A DNA stretch of 25,195 bases from an uncultured Gammaproteobacteria bacterium (GTDB lineage Bacteria > Patescibacteriota > Patescibacteriia > Magasanikbacterales > GWA2-37-8), in NCBI GenBank assembly GCA_964396295.1, contig CAYNEQ010000001.1, positions 1 to 25,195 of the forward strand, read 5' to 3'. Below, piece after piece: positions 22,960 through 25,195 of this stretch. Below the pieces are notes generated by a model. It was not told where the DNA came from and ran no database searches. It saw only the letters and a list, made by a program, of their open reading frames with translations. Both the position numbers and the translations under genes were made by a program. Within the stretch, counting starts at the first letter, position 1; every line of letters begins with the position of its first letter.

Positions 22960-23832
22960 TTATTTCAACTGCGCTTCTACCTCAGCGGCAAAATCAGTCG
23001 CTTCTTTTTCCAGTCCTTCTCCTAATTCAAAGCGTACCATTTTTTCTATTGCGGCACCGCTTCCAATAAGCTGCTGAATAGTTTTTTCTTCATCTTTGAT
23101 AAATGGCTGTTCCAATAAACAAATCTCACTGTAAAATTTATCCAACTTGCCTTTCAAAATATTTGGAATAGCTGCTTCTGGCTTGCCTTGCTGTTTGAGC
23201 TGTTCGGTATAAATTTCTTTTTCTTTCTCAATAGTTTCGGCCGGTACTTCCGTGCGAGCGACATACTTTGGATTACTGGCCGCCGCATGCATAGCAACGT
23301 CAGTTGCCAAGGCATTATCAGTACTATTTTTCAATAAGATCAATACCGAAATCTTGCCGCCCAAATGTGAATAGGCACCAAAGACATCACCACCGGTTTT
23401 TTCTACCACGGCAAAACGACGCAAGGTGATCTTTTCACCAATTTTAGCAGTTAAGTTATTCAAATGATCTTGTAAGGACTGGCCTTCAGCGGTCACACTC
23501 ATTGCAGCCTCTAAATTAGCCGGCTTGGCAGCAAGTAACGCATCAGCAAAATTTACGACCAATTTCTTAAAGTCTTCATTTTGCGCGACAAAGTCTGTTT
23601 CAGAGTTCACTTCTAATACTACCGCAGTGTCCCCTGAGACTTTCACCATGGTTGTACCTTCGGCTGCCACCTTATCAGTGCGCTTAGCAGCTTTCACAAT
23701 ACCTTTTTTACGTAAAATTTCTGTAGCTTTTTCCATGTCCCCTTCGGCTTCATCAAGGGCTTTTTTACAATCCATCATGCCAGCTCCGGTAAGAGACCTG
23801 AGTTTGGCTACGTCAGAAGCTGTAATTGACAT
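22960..23832 (-). CDS. tsf: Elongation factor Ts
   Basis: LRSLTGAGMMDCKKAL, EVNSETDFVA, IGEKITLRR, MHAAASNP, LLEQPFIKD, RFELGEG. Confidence 0.98.
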   Translation of the reverse strand: MSITASDVAKLRSLTGAGMMDCKKALDEAEGDMEKATEILRKKGIVKAAKRTDKVAAEGTTMVKVSGDTAVVLEVNSETDFVAQNEDFKKLVVNFADALLAAKPANLEAAMSVTAEGQSLQDHLNNLTAKIGEKITLRRFAVVEKTGGDVFGAYSHLGGKISVLILLKNSTDNALATDVAMHAAASNPKYVARTEVPAETIEKEKEIYTEQLKQQGKPEAAIPNILKGKLDKFYSEICLLEQPFIKDEEKTIQQLIGSGAAIEKMVRFELGEGLEKEATDFAAEVEAQLK

Positions 23833-23847
23833 ATAGTTTTGAAGTTA

Positions 23848-24642
23848 TTAAATTGATTCTTCTTTTTTGAGAGCTCTTCTTGGAGTCTTTTCTTCCTGAG
23901 CAACAACCTGTTTAGCTGGCTCTTCCTTAGCTCTTTCTTGTTTTTTCTTTTCCCATTCTTTTCTACCTTCGTTCACAGCTTCGGCCACGAGGTTGGCAAT
24001 CATAGTGATTGAATTTACCGCATCGTCGTTAGCTGGGATTGGATAATTAACCTTATTTGGATTGGTATTAGTATCACAGACAGCCACGGTTGGCACTTCT
24101 GTGCGTTCGGTTTCTGCCAAGGCAGTCTTTTCGGTACGCATATCGGCAATATAGACAGCATCCGGCAAACGTTCTAGAGCGGTCAAACCGATAAGATACT
24201 TATCTAACTTTTCCAATTGTTTTTTCATTACCACTTGTTCCTTCTTAGTATACTTCTCAATTTCGCCGGTGGCAAACATTTCTTTCAAACTTTTATATTT
24301 CTTCAAACGACGTATCACTTCTTCAAAGTTGGTAAGAAGTCCACCGATCCAGCGTTCTACCAAATATGGCATTTCGCAAGACAAGGCTGCGGCTTTGACC
24401 GCTTCACGAGCCTGACGTTTTGTGCCCACAAATAAAATATTCTGACCTTTGGCAGCCAGATTTCGTACATACTCGAGCGCAGTAGTAAGTTGAACTTGAG
24501 TTTTTTCAAGATCAATTATATGCACTCCGTTTCTAACACCAAAAATGAATGGTTCCATTTTCGGGTGCCAGCGAGATTTTTGATGGCCGAAGTGAACCCC
24601 AGCCTTCAACATTTCCAACAATGTTGGCATTTTCTTTGACAT
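23848..24642 (-). CDS. rpsB: 30S ribosomal protein S2
   Basis: MLKAGVHFGHQ, RWHPKM, LFVGTKRQA, RWIGGLLTNF, PIPANDDA. Start set at ATG 24642 (AAGGA upstream). Confidence 0.97.
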   Translation of the reverse strand: MSKKMPTLLEMLKAGVHFGHQKSRWHPKMEPFIFGVRNGVHIIDLEKTQVQLTTALEYVRNLAAKGQNILFVGTKRQAREAVKAAALSCEMPYLVERWIGGLLTNFEEVIRRLKKYKSLKEMFATGEIEKYTKKEQVVMKKQLEKLDKYLIGLTALERLPDAVYIADMRTEKTALAETERTEVPTVAVCDTNTNPNKVNYPIPANDDAVNSITMIANLVAEAVNEGRKEWEKKKQERAKEEPAKQVVAQEEKTPRRALKKEESI

Positions 24643-24654
24643 ATTTTCCTTATT

Positions 24655-24715
24655 ATTGCCTCCTAGCCTTGCCCCGGAGTGGTCCAAGGGAGGAAAAATT
24701 TGGCTAGCGAGAGTA
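24655..24715 (-). promoter_or_regulatory. Structured rpsB leader (putative S2 autoregulatory element)
   Basis: Outer helix CTAGCC/GGCTAG and inner hairpin CCTTGGA-ccac-TCCGGGG. rpsB leaders are known S2-binding operators. Confidence 0.5.
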
Positions 24716-24730
24716 AATTAAGATGTGGTG

Positions 24731-24759
24731 AGTATATAGGAGAAATGGGATTTAGTCAA
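24731..24759 (-). promoter_or_regulatory. sigma70 promoter of rpsB-tsf
   Basis: Minus strand TTGACT, 17 nt, TATACT. Confidence 0.75.
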
Positions 24760-24778
24760 GGGCTTTTCCTTATTAATA

Positions 24779-24807
24779 TTGACAAACCAAGATAATAGTG
24801 CTACTAT
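24779..24807 (+). promoter_or_regulatory. sigma70 promoter of rpmE
   Basis: TTGACA, 17 nt, TGc-TACTAT. Confidence 0.72.
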
Positions 24808-24838
24808 ATGAGCACCTTATAAAAATCTCTAAAAATGT

Positions 24839-25138
24839 ATGCAGAAAAACATTCATCCAGAATATCATAATGATACGGAAGTAATTTGTGCTTGTGGCAA
24901 TAAATTCACTACCGGCAGCACCCTCAAAACTATCCGCGTGGAACTATGCAACAAGTGCCATCCTTTTTATACCGGCAAACAAAAATTTGTCGACACTGCT
25001 CGCCGTGTAGAAAAATTCCAAGAAAAAGCAGGCAAACAAACCGCTGCCGCTGCCACTCGTAAAGGTAAAAAAGTAAAGAAAGCTGCCGTCGCTGCCAAAA
25101 AAACCGCCAAGAAAGCTGCTGAAAAAGAAAACGCTTAG
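24839..25138 (+). CDS. rpmE: 50S ribosomal protein L31 (Zn-binding type) with Lys/Ala-rich C-terminal tail
   Basis: [33 protein letters not shown]. Confidence 0.96.
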   Translation: MQKNIHPEYHNDTEVICACGNKFTTGSTLKTIRVELCNKCHPFYTGKQKFVDTARRVEKFQEKAGKQTAAAATRKGKKVKKAAVAAKKTAKKAAEKENA

Positions 25139-25151
25139 CTGTCACAATCTT

Positions 25152-25192
25152 AAAAAACAGACTATAATACTTTTGATTTAGTCTGTTTTTTT
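25152..25192 (+). terminator. Intrinsic terminator after rpmE
   Basis: 13-bp IR AAAAAACAGACTA / TAGTCTGTTTTTT. Confidence 0.75.
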
Positions 25193-25195
25193 AAT

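Noticed and set aside
24643-24687. Longer rpsB start at 24687
   Set aside because: It lies within the structured leader; S2 homology begins near 24642.
1-25195. Alternative genetic code (TGA recoding as in Gracilibacteria/SR1)
   Set aside because: All conserved genes translate full length under code 11 with no internal TGA.

Overview
This is a 25.2-kb housekeeping region of an AT-rich bacterium using genetic code 11. A Patescibacteria/CPR (Parcubacteria-like) origin is inferred from mostly Shine-Dalgarno-less genes, a GAD-less AspRS, tandem gpmI and CPR-type hypothetical proteins. Minus strand: rpsB, tsf, RlmI-type methyltransferase, two membrane proteins, gap, aspS, scpA, scpB, S11 D,D-peptidase, SET protein, pgk, SIMPL, eno, two gpmI, and valS-tyrS-argS (argS runs off the window start and is absent from the ORF track). 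Plus strand: a degenerate DHH protein, rpmE and two orphan ORFs. Main oddities: (1) ValRS carries an inserted, apparently intact histidine-phosphatase domain, a second unknown insertion and an altered editing motif. (2) Two self-contained high-GC single-gene units each have a consensus sigma70 promoter, a structured leader, a strong SD, a single-TM product, UTR-UTR complementarity and a terminator-like hairpin; the 57-aa one has type I toxin-like mRNA switch architecture. (3) Two ~82-bp REP/BIME-like elements in inverted orientation exactly bracket scpA-scpB. No CRISPR array, tRNA, rRNA, transposase or integrase was seen. All calls come from reading the sequence by eye; no database searches were run.
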